Source of the DNA: Chitinophagales bacterium
Lineage (GTDB): Bacteria; Bacteroidota; Bacteroidia; Chitinophagales; JADIYW01
Length of the DNA: 64,000 nt
Assembly (NCBI GenBank): GCA_023957215.1
Contig: JAMLHH010000003.1
Coordinates: 337 to 64,336 of the forward strand
Direction: 5' to 3'
Position numbers and translations under genes: made by a program. This document shows, one piece after another, positions 50,968-61,632 of the stretch (position 1 is its first letter; the number at the start of each line of letters is the position of its first letter). The notes under the pieces are model-generated. The model was not told where the DNA came from, did not search any database, and saw only the letters and a program-made list of their open reading frames with translations.

Positions 50968-52155
50968 TTACTTAATTATTTCTGTTACTTGACCAGCACC
51001 TACTGTTCTACCACCTTCTCTGATAGCAAATTTCAATCCTTTTTCAAGAGCAACAGGGTAAATCAATTTTACTGTAAGAGCAACGTTATCACCCGGCATG
51101 ACCATCTCAACTCCTTCAGGAAGTGTAATTTCACCTGTAACGTCAGTAGTTCTTAAATAGAACTGTGGACGGTAGTTGTTGAAGAATGGAGTGTGACGTC
51201 CACCCTCTTCTTTTGAAAGAACATACACTTCACATTTGAATTCGATATGAGGAGTGATAGATCCTGGTTTACAGATAACTTGACCACGTTTGATATCGTT
51301 TTTATCAATACCTCTTAATAATAGACCTACATTATCGCCTGCTTCACCAGTATCCAAAATTTTACGGAACATTTCAACACCGGTTACAGTAGATGTAGTT
51401 GGCTTTTCTTGCAAACCTACAATTTCTACGGGATCACCTGTATTGATAATACCTCTTTCGATTCTACCTGTTGCAACAGTACCTCTACCAGTGATAGAGA
51501 ATACATCTTCTACCGGCATCAAGAATGGCTTATCAACAGCTCTTGGAGGAACGGGAATCCATTCGTCAACCGCTGCCATCAATTTCTCAATTGCCTCAAC
51601 ACCAGCCGGCTCATCATTAAGAGCTGCCAATGCAGAACCTTGAATTACAGGTGTATTGTCGCCATCGTAACCGTAGAAAGTCAACAATTCTCTAATTTCC
51701 ATTTCAACAAGCTCTAATAATTCAGGATCATCCACTAAATCTACTTTGTTCATAAAAACCACCAATCTTGGAACACCTACCTGACGAGCAAGAAGAATGT
51801 GTTCACGAGTTTGAGGCATAGGGCCGTCAGTAGAAGCCACCACGATGATTGCGCCATCCATTTGAGCAGCACCTGTCACCATGTTTTTTACATAGTCAGC
51901 GTGACCCGGACAATCAACGTGTGCGTAGTGTCTGCTTGCAGTTTGGTACTCAACGTGAGAGGTGTTGATAGTGATACCTCTTTCTTTTTCCTCAGGTGCA
52001 TTGTCGATTGCATCATAATCTTTTTTCTCAGCTCCACCATGTTTGGATAGAACATAAGTAATTGCCGCGGTCAAGGTAGTTTTACCATGATCCACGTGTC
52101 CAATCGTGCCGATGTTAACATGCGGCTTATCTTTTACAAATTTTTCTTTAGCCAT
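50968..52155 (-). CDS. tuf: Elongation factor Tu
   Basis: 395 aa with GHVDHGKTT and DCPGH. Confidence 0.99.
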   Translation of the reverse strand: MAKEKFVKDKPHVNIGTIGHVDHGKTTLTAAITYVLSKHGGAEKKDYDAIDNAPEEKERGITINTSHVEYQTASRHYAHVDCPGHADYVKNMVTGAAQMDGAIIVVASTDGPMPQTREHILLARQVGVPRLVVFMNKVDLVDDPELLELVEMEIRELLTFYGYDGDNTPVIQGSALAALNDEPAGVEAIEKLMAAVDEWIPVPPRAVDKPFLMPVEDVFSITGRGTVATGRIERGIINTGDPVEIVGLQEKPTTSTVTGVEMFRKILDTGEAGDNVGLLLRGIDKNDIKRGQVICKPGSITPHIEFKCEVYVLSKEEGGRHTPFFNNYRPQFYLRTTDVTGEITLPEGVEMVMPGDNVALTVKLIYPVALEKGLKFAIREGGRTVGAGQVTEIIK

Positions 52156-52217
52156 AATACAAATGGTTTAAATATAGTTAGTTAGTTAGGAATTTCCTAT
52201 TTTATTCTTCTTTACAG

Positions 52218-52289
<72 letters not shown>

Positions 52290-52299
52290 TTAGTTTTTG

Positions 52300-52372
52300 A
52301 GCGGATGACGAGGCTCGAACCCGCGACCCTCAGCTTGGAAGGCTGATGCTCTACCAACTGAGCTACATCCGC
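52300..52372 (-). tRNA. tRNA-Gly (anticodon TCC)
   Basis: Reverse complement GCGGATGTAGCTCAGTTGGTAGAGCATCAGCCTTCCAAGCTGAGGGTCGCGGGTTCGAGCCTCGTCATCCGCT. The anticodon loop is CTTCCAA. Confidence 0.9.
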
Positions 52373-52389
52373 AAACTTACGAAAACAAA

Positions 52390-52475
52390 TGGTGGGAGGA
52401 ACAGGATTCGAACCTGTGAAGGTATACACCAACAGATTTACAGTCTGTCCTCGTTGGCCGCTTGAGTATCCTCCC
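52390..52475 (-). tRNA. tRNA-Tyr (anticodon GTA), class II with long variable arm and encoded CCA
   Basis: Reverse complement GGGAGGATACTCAAGCGGCCAACGAGGACAGACTGTAAATCTGT...ACAGGTTCGAATCCTGTTCCTCCCACCA. The anticodon loop is CTGTAAA. Confidence 0.88.
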
Positions 52476-52496
52476 CCAAGTTTTCTAACAAAAACG

Positions 52497-52569
52497 AGCC
52501 AGCAGAGGGACTCGAACCCCCGACCTGCTGATTACAAATCAGCAGCTCTACCAACTGAGCTATGCTGGC
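52497..52569 (-). tRNA. tRNA-Thr (anticodon TGT)
   Basis: Reverse complement GCCAGCATAGCTCAGTTGGTAGAGCTGCTGATTTGTAATCAGCAGGTCGGGGGTTCGAGTCCCTCTGCTGGCT. The anticodon loop is TTTGTAA. Confidence 0.9.
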
Positions 52570-52637
52570 CTAATATTATTAGTAATATTTGTAAGAACTC
52601 TTCTCTTCAAAAAGATTCAGCTCTTTGAATTGAGGTG

Positions 52638-52667
52638 CAAATTTACTACTAATTTTTAGATTACAAA
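52638..52667 (-). promoter_or_regulatory. Candidate Bacteroidota sigma-A promoter for the tRNA-tuf transcription unit
   Basis: The minus strand reads TTTG-N18-TAAATTTG, matching the -33 TTTG / -7 TAnnTTTG consensus. It lies about 70 nt upstream of the tRNA-Thr(TGT) 5' end. Confidence 0.45.
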
Positions 52668-52685
52668 GCTTATTGGTGTAAATTT

Positions 52686-52979
52686 TTAATTTTTATTCTT
52701 AATTCTTTCTAATTGTCTTTTTAATGAGTCAACAGCCAAGTCCACCGACTCTTCAAAAACTTTTGCTTTCTCTTTTGCAATTATCACGTTGCCGGGAATA
52801 CTGGTCTTAATCAGCACCACTTTATCTCTCACTTGCGTATTGAGATTTTCAAGACTCAATACTACATTGGAATCAATAATCTTGTCATAAAACAAGGTAA
52901 GTTTGTTTACTTTTTTTTCAATAAAATCCAACAATTTTTGATCTGCTGTAAAATGTACTGTTTGAATGTTTACTTTCAT
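52686..52979 (-). CDS. hpf: Ribosome hibernation promoting factor (short HPF/RaiA)
   Basis: 97 aa starting MKVNIQTVHFTADQKLLDFIEKKVNKL. Confidence 0.88.
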   Translation of the reverse strand: MKVNIQTVHFTADQKLLDFIEKKVNKLTLFYDKIIDSNVVLSLENLNTQVRDKVVLIKTSIPGNVIIAKEKAKVFEESVDLAVDSLKRQLERIKNKN

Positions 52980-52983
52980 AACT

Positions 52984-53868
52984 TTAAGCTTTAGGATGTG
53001 AATTTTTAAAAATTTCTTTTAACTTTTCTATTGTATTATGTGTATATATTTGAGTAGATGCAAGACTTGCATGCCCCAATAATTCTTTTACATCATTTAA
53101 AGGTGCGCCATTATTAGCCATATGTGTTGCAAACGTATGTCGCAAAACGTGCGGGCTTTTCTGAATTTTGACTCCACCATTTTTCAGGTTTTCTCTTACA
53201 ATTCTATAAATGAGTTCGGGATAGGTTTTGACTCCTTTATCGGTGAGAATCACCGGACTATTTTTGGAGGCGACACCAAATGTATTTGCAACGATATCGG
53301 CATACGTGTCGAGTGCATTTTTCAATCTCGATCCCATAGGTACTACCCGCTCTTTTCCACCTTTTCCAAAAATCCGAATCTGCATCAAGCTTTGGTCAAT
53401 ATCTTCCCATTTAAGATTGACCAATTCTTGTCGTCTTAATCCCAAATCATATAAGACCTCAATCACAATCCAATCTCGACATCGAGAAAACGAATTGTCT
53501 TTGGGCTCTACATCCTTCAAGACATTTTCAATAGTGTTGCTATCTATATATTTTGGCAGGCGTTGTGGCAACTTAGGTGTATATACATTTTTGGCGGGAT
53601 TTGTTTTCACTAATCCCTTGTGGATGGCTAACCTATAAAAGGTTTTTACAGCAGATAATTTCCTATGAATCGATGAAGATTTGATATCATTTTCAACCAA
53701 TTCTACTATCCATCGTCTGACATCTTTAGAGTGTACCAAATAAAAATTCTCAATTTCCCTCTCTTTTATAAAATCGGAAAATTGAGAAATATCACTTAAA
53801 TAGGCTTTTACTGTGTGAGCAGAAAAGCGTTTCTCATAAATCAAATATTCTTCAAAATCCTTTATCAT
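52984..53868 (-). CDS. Tyrosine site-specific recombinase, XerC/XerD family
   Basis: 294 aa with HVLRHTFATHMANNG...LGHASLASTQIYTH, which carries the R-H-R-Y catalytic set. Confidence 0.88.
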   Translation of the reverse strand: MIKDFEEYLIYEKRFSAHTVKAYLSDISQFSDFIKEREIENFYLVHSKDVRRWIVELVENDIKSSSIHRKLSAVKTFYRLAIHKGLVKTNPAKNVYTPKLPQRLPKYIDSNTIENVLKDVEPKDNSFSRCRDWIVIEVLYDLGLRRQELVNLKWEDIDQSLMQIRIFGKGGKERVVPMGSRLKNALDTYADIVANTFGVASKNSPVILTDKGVKTYPELIYRIVRENLKNGGVKIQKSPHVLRHTFATHMANNGAPLNDVKELLGHASLASTQIYTHNTIEKLKEIFKNSHPKA

Positions 53869-53926
53869 CTATATCTCCCCTGTAAAGAAAATATTAAGAT
53901 AGTAAAAGGATTGAGAAAAGAAAAAT

Positions 53927-54118
53927 TTATTCTTCTATTCTTAATATTTGTTCACGATAAATAGCTTTTAATCTCTGTTCTCTGTTTTTTACAGATGGTT
54001 TTGAGAAATATTGTCTATCGCGAACTTCTTTCATCACTTTTGCTCTGTCATGTTTCTTTTTATATGCTTTAAGAGCTTTATCCAAAGAATCCATTTCTCT
54101 TGCGTCGATTATCAACAT
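53927..54118 (-). CDS. rpsU: 30S ribosomal protein S21
   Basis: 63 aa with LDKALKAYKKKHDRAKVMKEVRDRQYFSKPS. Confidence 0.92.
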   Translation of the reverse strand: MLIIDAREMDSLDKALKAYKKKHDRAKVMKEVRDRQYFSKPSVKNREQRLKAIYREQILRIEE

Positions 54119-54244
54119 TTTATAAATTTATTTTAGCGTTTTTAAAGAGAGCGCAAATATATAGCTTTATTTTTAAAAAACTTATCTATTTCAGCCAATA
54201 TTAATTTTTAACAATGATTGAGGACGATTTGCCATATATGATAT

Positions 54245-55048
54245 TTACTTTTTGATAGAGAGCAAAGGTATCTCAATAACTCTAACAGTATCTTCAGTAA
54301 AGCTTTTTTGAAAGATTTTCTGTAAAAAGTTTCTGGGTTGAATGTGCATCACTAATATTGAGTTTTGAAAATCTCTTGTATAATCTCTCAGTCCCTGAGC
54401 CAATGAATTTTCAATTTTTGTTTCCACATATTTGAAAGGTATTCCTTTCACCACCTTATCGGATACATCAATGGTTTCGGTAATAGATACCAATTGCACG
54501 GCTCTGACCGGCAATTTGAGAAATTCTTGAATAGAAATCACCGAGTCGTAAATATCATTTAATTCGGCATACAAAGTAGCCACTATCATTTCATCAATTT
54601 TTCGGGCTGTCCAATGATTAGGAACCACCATCACAGGCCACTTGGATTCTTTTAGTACATCTAAACTGTTTGTACCTAATACTTTATCGACAATGCCTGT
54701 CATTCCATGTGTACCCATGACGATTAAAATCGTATCAGAATCAGCGACTTCGCTGAGTACTTCATCAACTATTCTATCCCCTTTTTTAATTTTGACCTCA
54801 ACACGTACATCACGACTCAATACCAATGAACTTTTTGCCTTTTCGATTTTATTCAAAAGGCTCTCTTTTATTTCTTGAATATCTTCATCAGACCAAATCA
54901 TAGGTGTAGTCGCTCCTATCAGCATATTGATGACGTGAAATAAAGAGACATCTGCACCATTGTGGTCTGCAATCAATATAGCTTGTTGTAATGCAATAAA
55001 TGCATTATCAGAATGGTCAAAAGGAACTAAAATTTGTGGCATAGACAA
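54245..55048 (-). CDS. Universal stress protein, tandem Usp domains
   Basis: 267 aa with ILVPFDHSDNA and LIVMGTHGMTG (Usp ATP-binding-like motif), plus a second degenerate repeat. Confidence 0.75.
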   Translation of the reverse strand: MSMPQILVPFDHSDNAFIALQQAILIADHNGADVSLFHVINMLIGATTPMIWSDEDIQEIKESLLNKIEKAKSSLVLSRDVRVEVKIKKGDRIVDEVLSEVADSDTILIVMGTHGMTGIVDKVLGTNSLDVLKESKWPVMVVPNHWTARKIDEMIVATLYAELNDIYDSVISIQEFLKLPVRAVQLVSITETIDVSDKVVKGIPFKYVETKIENSLAQGLRDYTRDFQNSILVMHIQPRNFLQKIFQKSFTEDTVRVIEIPLLSIKK

Positions 55049-55089
55049 TTGTTTAATTTCGTATCCTAATATACGGAAAGTATATGTAT

Positions 55090-55818
55090 TTACAATCCTT
55101 CATTTAATTTTATTTGATACATCACCAAAGCACCGGCTACACTTACATTATAAGAATCTATATTTTGAATAGGTATTTTATAGAATGTATCTATTTCTTT
55201 TTGTACTTGAGGGCTGATTCCCGTGTCTTCTGCTCCAAGGACAATTACTATTGGTTGGTTTGTTTCTATTTCAGAAATATTTTTTTCGGTATAGGAATGA
55301 ATCCCTAACAATGTAAATCCATTTAGTTTTAAATCTTTGGCAGCCACTGCCAAATTATTGACTTTACAGATAGGTAAGTGCATCAAGGCTCCGGCAGATG
55401 CTTTGATAGCACCGCCTTGTATAGATGCAGACTTTCTCTTAGGAACAATGATACCATGAAAACCCATGCCATGCGCAGTCCTTGCCAAAGCTCCCATATT
55501 TCCTACATCTGTCACACCATCTAAGAGCAAAAGTTTAGGTCGTTCTTCTGTCACTAACACATTGTCTATCAGTTCTTGTAGTTCCCAAGCTTCTACCACA
55601 CTCAAAAGAGCCATCACTCCTTGATGATTTGCATCTTTGACCTCTCTTTTTATTTTTTCCTCAGGAACGATTTGATAAAACACATCTTTCTGATGACACA
55701 AGGATTTGATTTTCTCTATCACTTCACCTTTGGCAAACTTTGATATCATCACTTTATCCACCTCTTTTTCACTTTCCAAAGCTTCAATGACGGGATGACG
55801 ACCAAAAACGTAAGACAT
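55090..55818 (-). CDS. rlmB: 23S rRNA (guanosine-2'-O)-methyltransferase RlmB (SpoU/TrmH family)
   Basis: MSYVFGRHPVIEAL..., the SpoU motifs LLLDGVTDVGNMGALARTA and IVLGAEDTGIS. The start is ambiguous (ATG at 55818 or 55827; the ORF track gives 55845). Confidence 0.85.
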   Translation of the reverse strand: MSYVFGRHPVIEALESEKEVDKVMISKFAKGEVIEKIKSLCHQKDVFYQIVPEEKIKREVKDANHQGVMALLSVVEAWELQELIDNVLVTEERPKLLLLDGVTDVGNMGALARTAHGMGFHGIIVPKRKSASIQGGAIKASAGALMHLPICKVNNLAVAAKDLKLNGFTLLGIHSYTEKNISEIETNQPIVIVLGAEDTGISPQVQKEIDTFYKIPIQNIDSYNVSVAGALVMYQIKLNEGL

Positions 55819-55922
55819 CTTAAACATAAATATGTATTTTTGCACAAAATAAACATTTAAGACTATCTTGGTGACGTAAGTCTGTCACAAAACACAAAAT
55901 CAAAAAGTAAATACTTTCTAAA

Positions 55923-56747
55923 ATGAACAATTTAAAAGAGCTGAATTTAGGGAATGTTCAAAAAACGCTTTTGTTACCTTTAGCTGCAAGGGTATTTGAA
56001 AGTAAACAAAAGAATAGTATTCTTCACGATCCCAAGTCTGTGGAGATTGCTAATCAATTAAAGTTTGACTATCTAAAAATCTGTAGGGAGATGACAGATG
56101 TGGGTGTAGCTGCATTGGTGGTCAGAGCCGTAAAATTTGATGAACATATCAGAAGATTCCAACAACAACATCCTTACGGAAAAATTATTACTTTGGGCGC
56201 GGGTCTTGACACTTCATATTATAGGTGTGATAATGGTCTCAATCAATGGTACGATCTGGATTTAGAAGATTCTTTAGAACTGAGAAAAGAGTTGCTCCCG
56301 ATAGAAAACGACAGAATACATTATCTCGCAAAATCATTATTTGACCCATCTTGGATAGATGATATTGGCGACATCTCCAATGGAACACTCATACAAGTAC
56401 CGGGTGTACTTCCCTATTTTCCTAAAAAAGATGTAAAAAGTTTCTTCCAATCTGTCGCACCTCGTCTCAAAGGTGCAGAATTAGTAGTAGATGTCGTTTC
56501 AGCATTTGGGATTTTGTTTGTTCAGCGTAAGATTCATCAATCCGGTATGAAAGATGCACATTTGCAATGGAGTATTTTCGATGCCAAAGAAATGGAGACA
56601 TGGTCTGAGCATATAAAAGTGGCGGAAACAGAGCTTTATTTCAAAGGTATTCATACTTCGGGCAGATATCATCTTTTTACTAAAATTCCGATGATGGTCA
56701 ACGATATTTTCGGTATCTCTCAGATTGTCAAAATCAAATTTGTATAA
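55923..56747 (+). CDS. Class I SAM-dependent methyltransferase (LCM/TcmP-like O-methyltransferase, COG3315)
   Basis: 274 aa with TLLLPLAARV and IITLGAGLDTSYYR, typical of this family. Confidence 0.7.
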   Translation: MNNLKELNLGNVQKTLLLPLAARVFESKQKNSILHDPKSVEIANQLKFDYLKICREMTDVGVAALVVRAVKFDEHIRRFQQQHPYGKIITLGAGLDTSYYRCDNGLNQWYDLDLEDSLELRKELLPIENDRIHYLAKSLFDPSWIDDIGDISNGTLIQVPGVLPYFPKKDVKSFFQSVAPRLKGAELVVDVVSAFGILFVQRKIHQSGMKDAHLQWSIFDAKEMETWSEHIKVAETELYFKGIHTSGRYHLFTKIPMMVNDIFGISQIVKIKFV

Positions 56748-56759
56748 AAGTTTTTTAAG

Positions 56760-57527
56760 ATGAATCAGCCTAAAATTTCTATCATTACGATTGTTTTTAA
56801 CAAGGCTGATGAAATTGAATATACTTTAAAGTCTGTCACCGAGCAGACTTATTCCCACATAGAATATATCGTCATAGATGGCCACTCTACCGACGGCACG
56901 ATAGAGATTATCCAAAAGTATCTCAATCAAATCAATATCTATATATCCGAGAAAGATCAAGGTATTTATGATGCGATGAACAAAGGGCTTTCTAAAGCAA
57001 GCGGTGATTATGTACTTTTTATCAACGGCGGCGATTCTTTACATCAAAAAGAAACGATACAAGATATAGTAGATAAAAGTTTTTCAAATTTACAAGCTGC
57101 CGATATCATCTTTGGAGAGTGTATGTTAATCAGACCTGATAGGACTTATATTTCTACAAGAAGTGCAAACAAACACCAACAGTTTCCAACTTCGCTTCCA
57201 CATTTGTCATTCAAGCACGGCACCAATGTTTCCCATCAATCTTTTATGACAAAAAGAAAGTTAGCACCTTTTTTTGACTTGCAATATAAATGGAGCAGTG
57301 ATGTAGATTGGATGTTGAATTGTATGAAAAAAGCCCATTTAACTTTAGCTTATGATGGAATCATTTCCGATTTTGTCATAGGTGGCGTGACCGACCGGCA
57401 TAGGTTATCTTCTTTATGGGAAAGATTGAAAATTATGAAAAAGCATTATGGTTTTTTCAATACTATTTTATTTCATTTTGAAATTATATTGATACGTCTC
57501 AAAGAGAAATTAGTACTTTCATCTTAG
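56760..57527 (+). CDS. Glycosyltransferase family 2
   Basis: 255 aa with ISIITIVFNKADEIEYTLKSVTEQTY...IVIDGHSTDGT and a DAMNKG region, indicating a GT-A fold. Confidence 0.85.
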   Translation: MNQPKISIITIVFNKADEIEYTLKSVTEQTYSHIEYIVIDGHSTDGTIEIIQKYLNQINIYISEKDQGIYDAMNKGLSKASGDYVLFINGGDSLHQKETIQDIVDKSFSNLQAADIIFGECMLIRPDRTYISTRSANKHQQFPTSLPHLSFKHGTNVSHQSFMTKRKLAPFFDLQYKWSSDVDWMLNCMKKAHLTLAYDGIISDFVIGGVTDRHRLSSLWERLKIMKKHYGFFNTILFHFEIILIRLKEKLVLSS

Positions 57528-57546
57528 CCAAAAATTTATCAAGTAA

Positions 57547-60500
57547 CTAAAAATCTTTTGACAAAGAGAATAACCACATCGGTTTTTTATTGACCAATCC
57601 TCCGTCAATTCCCCAAGCAGCATCTACCCTGATAAAATAGCCCAATAAAGTCGTCCTTAATCCTGTACCCGTTCCCATGACTGTAGGTCGTCTGAAATAT
57701 TTCACAGTGACTACTACAGGATTACTCGCTCCGTCCGGCGTCACTTGTTGGGTGATATATGGATTGTCTTTTTGTAGTGGCATCAAACCTTTATATGCTG
57801 CACCGATATCATAAAAACCGATGACTTGAAGGTTTTGTAAAAAGTCTGATTTTAAAGCTTTTTTCGTAAAAAGTGACATAATCGGAATACGCAACTCCGA
57901 ATTGAGAACGGTATAGCTATTTCCGTTTCTGATATTGATAGGGAAGCCTCTCATATTAGTAGCCTGCGCTTGAAAGGCAAACTCATTGATGTCCACAAAA
58001 TTGTTATTGTCATACTTGTTATTGAGCCAAGAGTCCACACCACCCAAGGAATACAAGACTTTTTTCTGTCCAAATGAACTTGCACCTGCTAAGCGGTTGG
58101 CCCAAATCACATTTTTTACAATAGGTGTATAATGTCTGATATCATATCCAAACGTAAAGAGGTTGGTCTTCTTAGCATTCCAATTTTTAAAATATTCGGT
58201 ATAGATTTTATACTTAAAGCCATTGGGAATATTGAGTTGAACCTCTTTGGTATTATCTTGTACAAACTCCAGCTTCAAGAATGACCAATTTTCTTTTCTA
58301 TCAATGTCCGCTTGCAGTGAAACAGGTTCTAAGTAGGCGAGGTTGAGCTTATCATTTCTAAAGCCCATATACAATCTCAAGCTTTTTGAAATATCAAAAG
58401 GATAGCTCAATCTCAGTTCCATATAATTGGTACGTTGTCTGCCGATTGCAGGAATGAGATAAGAATTGTTGACCAATAAGCTATAATCCTCCTTTTTAGA
58501 TCTGAAATAATAAAAGTATCTCTTATCTAAGCGTTTTTTCAAATTTTCATAGCTGACAAAAACTTCTGAGCCTTTAAAATTAGCAGGTAATCTGAAACCG
58601 CCCATTAATTTGTGGTCCTCCATCAAATCCTGAATGCCATAGGTAATCATACCGCTGATATCGGGATAATCAAAATTACCTCCGGTCTGAGAAATACTTT
58701 GATAAGTGAAAGGCAAAACAGAATTGTCCAACTGTGTCATCACAAAATCAGAGGAGAATGTTGCACGATAAGGCACTGCTCGTCCCGCCTGAAACTGTAC
58801 TAAAGGTCTGTTGCGTTCTTCGATGATTTTATTGTACTCCTCATCAGAAACAGCTCTGACAGAATCAAGAAAATTTTTATCCAACTCTTTCTTTTCCCGA
58901 GTGGTCAAAAGTGAATAATTCCAGTCTGTATGAAAGGTAAATTGGAACTCTTCATTTAAAAGTGTATCTAATTCTGTACTTGTCTTAGACTGTATTTTTG
59001 TAATTCTTTTAGTACTTAACTGTATTTTTTCATCCTTATTGGCAAAAGATTTTGAACCTGCATAATTTGTCAAAGAGAGCTGGTCTGCAATACTGTTTTC
59101 TCTCAAAGGAGAAAGATGCACTTCCATCTTTTTTTTGCCTTGTACCAAATAGGCTTTTTGCCTACTTCTTTCAGCAATAGAAACTTCCTGCATATTTGTA
59201 TTCAAATCACTGACAGGTATTTTATTGGAAATATTATAAGTATAAGAAGTGTCAAAGCTCATCGGATTTTCCCTTAAAGTATCTATCTTTTCAATTTTTC
59301 TATTGATACCGGCTTCATAAAGATTGACAATCCCATTTTTATCCGAAAGCAAGGTAAGTTTATTTTCTTTCAAGGGAATGCCAAGTTTGACCGTCTCGGA
59401 AACGGGTGTGTAAATTTTACTGATTTTTTTGTCGGCACGTTCTAAATTGAGGAAATAGATCTGGTTTTTGTCCACAGGTAGAATTGTGTCAAAAGAGATA
59501 TTACTCGTCCACTCGTTGGGTCTGTTAGAAGTAAAAAGTATTCCTTTTTCACCATATAATTCCGTCATAAAAGGTTGGGAATCGTCAAAGACATCGTTGG
59601 TGAGCTGGGATGTGCTTCTATTAATCAGATGGTATAAAAACAAGTCTGTCTGTCCACTTTTTTGAGCAGATAGTATCAAATATCTGCCATCTTGTGTATA
59701 GTTAGCCTGAAATACTCTTTGGAAATCTCTGATATCGTTTTTTTGCTTCTTTTTTGTCAGCAAGTCATAATCCACCTGTTTCACTTTGTCTTGTTTTTCA
59801 TGAATTTCCGTGACTACTGTTCCGGATGGATTCCATGTCAAGATAGGGTAAGAAAAGTCGTAAGGATAATTATCCGAATAATATCCGGCTTTCTGAATCT
59901 TCGTCCTTTTTCCACTTTCAATATTTTGAACATAGGAAATATATCGTCCATATTTATGCACAGCATAAGCAATATTTTTTCCATCGGGAGAAAGCTTTAT
60001 TTCTGAAAGCTGGTGTTTCTTTTTGAATCGGATTTTCAAACAAGTTTCATCCGCAGGAAGATATTTTTCGGCTATATCAACTTTAGCATGAAATTGAGCA
60101 TATTCAGTCCATTCTTTGATAACATCTTCAAAGGACACCCCCAAACCTAATTGGAACCCTTTCTTGACATTGCGGTTGATTCGGGTGAGATAGAGAATAT
60201 TTTTTATACTGGAACGGCCATATTTTTTGGCTATATAATACCACAAAGCATGTCCGGCAAAGGTAGGATTTGTAGTAGAAAGTTTGCTAAAAGACGGCTT
60301 CTTGGTATTGTTCCAATATCTTCTCAGTTGGTCATCATTTCCTACATTCCAATCTTCACCAATATATTCCGCCACTCCCGGCATGAACCAATCCGGCAAA
60401 TTCAAAAATACGGCATCTCTGATGATATCCGTAAAGCTCTGTCCTGCCATCATAGAATTGAGATATACTTTGCTGAGTTCGATATTAAACATTTTGAGCA

Positions 60501-60912
60501 TATCGCTATGCTGGCCATTGAAATAGAGAAAAATCTTAGTGCCTTCTGCATCATTTTTACCGCCGATGTTGTAGGTATTTTCAGAGATTCCGATATTGGT
60601 TTGAGACAAATCTCCAATATTATTATAGACGAGAATACTTACTTTGTCGCTTAAAATATAATTGAGATCTTCTTCTAAAATCCTGACTCTGTCTTCGGCA
60701 GCATTGATAATGAACTTTGCCAAATTTTGGCCGCCCGGATAGTAGTAGGTAATAAAATGTTCCGATTCGTAAGATGACCAATCAAAGTCTTTGTATTGCA
60801 CTCTGTTTTGACCAAACGCCACTTGTGTGCCACCTTGAGCCCATGCAACACTTGTACTCCAAAGAGATAGCAGCACAATGAGTAGGTTTTTGAAATACAA
60901 ATCTTTTAGCAT
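57547..60912 (-). CDS. Large outer-membrane protein: periplasmic TolB-like beta-propeller region fused to an Omp85-like C-terminal barrel (assignment tentative)
   Basis: 1121 aa with signal peptide ...WSTSVAWAQ. PD40-like repeats are present (LSPDGKNIAY, YTQDGRYLILSA). The C-terminus ...GYFIRVDAAWGIDGGLVNKKPMWLFSLSKDF ends in Phe. Confidence 0.55.
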   Translation of the reverse strand: MLKDLYFKNLLIVLLSLWSTSVAWAQGGTQVAFGQNRVQYKDFDWSSYESEHFITYYYPGGQNLAKFIINAAEDRVRILEEDLNYILSDKVSILVYNNIGDLSQTNIGISENTYNIGGKNDAEGTKIFLYFNGQHSDMLKMFNIELSKVYLNSMMAGQSFTDIIRDAVFLNLPDWFMPGVAEYIGEDWNVGNDDQLRRYWNNTKKPSFSKLSTTNPTFAGHALWYYIAKKYGRSSIKNILYLTRINRNVKKGFQLGLGVSFEDVIKEWTEYAQFHAKVDIAEKYLPADETCLKIRFKKKHQLSEIKLSPDGKNIAYAVHKYGRYISYVQNIESGKRTKIQKAGYYSDNYPYDFSYPILTWNPSGTVVTEIHEKQDKVKQVDYDLLTKKKQKNDIRDFQRVFQANYTQDGRYLILSAQKSGQTDLFLYHLINRSTSQLTNDVFDDSQPFMTELYGEKGILFTSNRPNEWTSNISFDTILPVDKNQIYFLNLERADKKISKIYTPVSETVKLGIPLKENKLTLLSDKNGIVNLYEAGINRKIEKIDTLRENPMSFDTSYTYNISNKIPVSDLNTNMQEVSIAERSRQKAYLVQGKKKMEVHLSPLRENSIADQLSLTNYAGSKSFANKDEKIQLSTKRITKIQSKTSTELDTLLNEEFQFTFHTDWNYSLLTTREKKELDKNFLDSVRAVSDEEYNKIIEERNRPLVQFQAGRAVPYRATFSSDFVMTQLDNSVLPFTYQSISQTGGNFDYPDISGMITYGIQDLMEDHKLMGGFRLPANFKGSEVFVSYENLKKRLDKRYFYYFRSKKEDYSLLVNNSYLIPAIGRQRTNYMELRLSYPFDISKSLRLYMGFRNDKLNLAYLEPVSLQADIDRKENWSFLKLEFVQDNTKEVQLNIPNGFKYKIYTEYFKNWNAKKTNLFTFGYDIRHYTPIVKNVIWANRLAGASSFGQKKVLYSLGGVDSWLNNKYDNNNFVDINEFAFQAQATNMRGFPINIRNGNSYTVLNSELRIPIMSLFTKKALKSDFLQNLQVIGFYDIGAAYKGLMPLQKDNPYITQQVTPDGASNPVVVTVKYFRRPTVMGTGTGLRTTLLGYFIRVDAAWGIDGGLVNKKPMWLFSLSKDF

Positions 60913-60993
60913 CTAATCTTTCTTCTATCTAAAATAGATAACTTTGCAAAGTTCCAATAATTCTCTATGTTTCAAAACATATAAACAAACTTT

Positions 60994-61632
60994 ATGACTT
61001 TTATACATTCATTCACTTTCAATCCTTTTTATGAAAATACTTATATCATTTATAATGAGCAAAAGGAGGCTTGGATTATTGATGCAGGTGCCTATACGGA
61101 TGATGAATGCAAGGAGATGGCAGATTTTATAGACAGTCATTTATTGAAACCAGTCCGACTACTCAATACCCACTGTCATTTAGACCATATTTTTGGCAAT
61201 GCGTTTATCACAGAAAATTATCATCTGTCACCCGAATGGCACGAAAATGAAAGTCTAATGGCTAAAAATGCGTCTCTTGCAGCATCTATGTTTGGAGTAA
61301 AAGCTCCCCAATATGTCGCACCCGGCAACTTACTGCAAGTGGGGGAATCCTTGACTTTGGGAGATGCCTCTTTCAAGATACTTTTTACACCCGGACATTC
61401 TCCCGGAAGTGTCTGTTTTTACAATGAAAAAGGAAAGTATGTCATCGCCGGAGATGTACTTTTCAGAGAAAGTATAGGACGGACGGATTTGCCCGGTGGA
61501 GATTACAACACTTTGATTCATTCTATCAAAAATAAACTATTGACACTACCGGATGATGTAGAAGTCTATAACGGACACGGCCCCCAAACCACCATCGGAC
61601 ACGAAAGGAAATACAATCCGTTTTTGAGGTAA
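60994..61632 (+). CDS. MBL-fold metallo-hydrolase (glyoxalase II-like)
   Basis: 212 aa with the NTHCHLDHIFG metal motif and TPGHSPGS. Confidence 0.85.
   Translation: MTFIHSFTFNPFYENTYIIYNEQKEAWIIDAGAYTDDECKEMADFIDSHLLKPVRLLNTHCHLDHIFGNAFITENYHLSPEWHENESLMAKNASLAASMFGVKAPQYVAPGNLLQVGESLTLGDASFKILFTPGHSPGSVCFYNEKGKYVIAGDVLFRESIGRTDLPGGDYNTLIHSIKNKLLTLPDDVEVYNGHGPQTTIGHERKYNPFLR

Noticed and set aside
52389-52628. A 79-aa + strand ORF
   Set aside because: It runs antisense through tRNA-Tyr and tRNA-Thr, so it is an artefact of the tRNA sequence.
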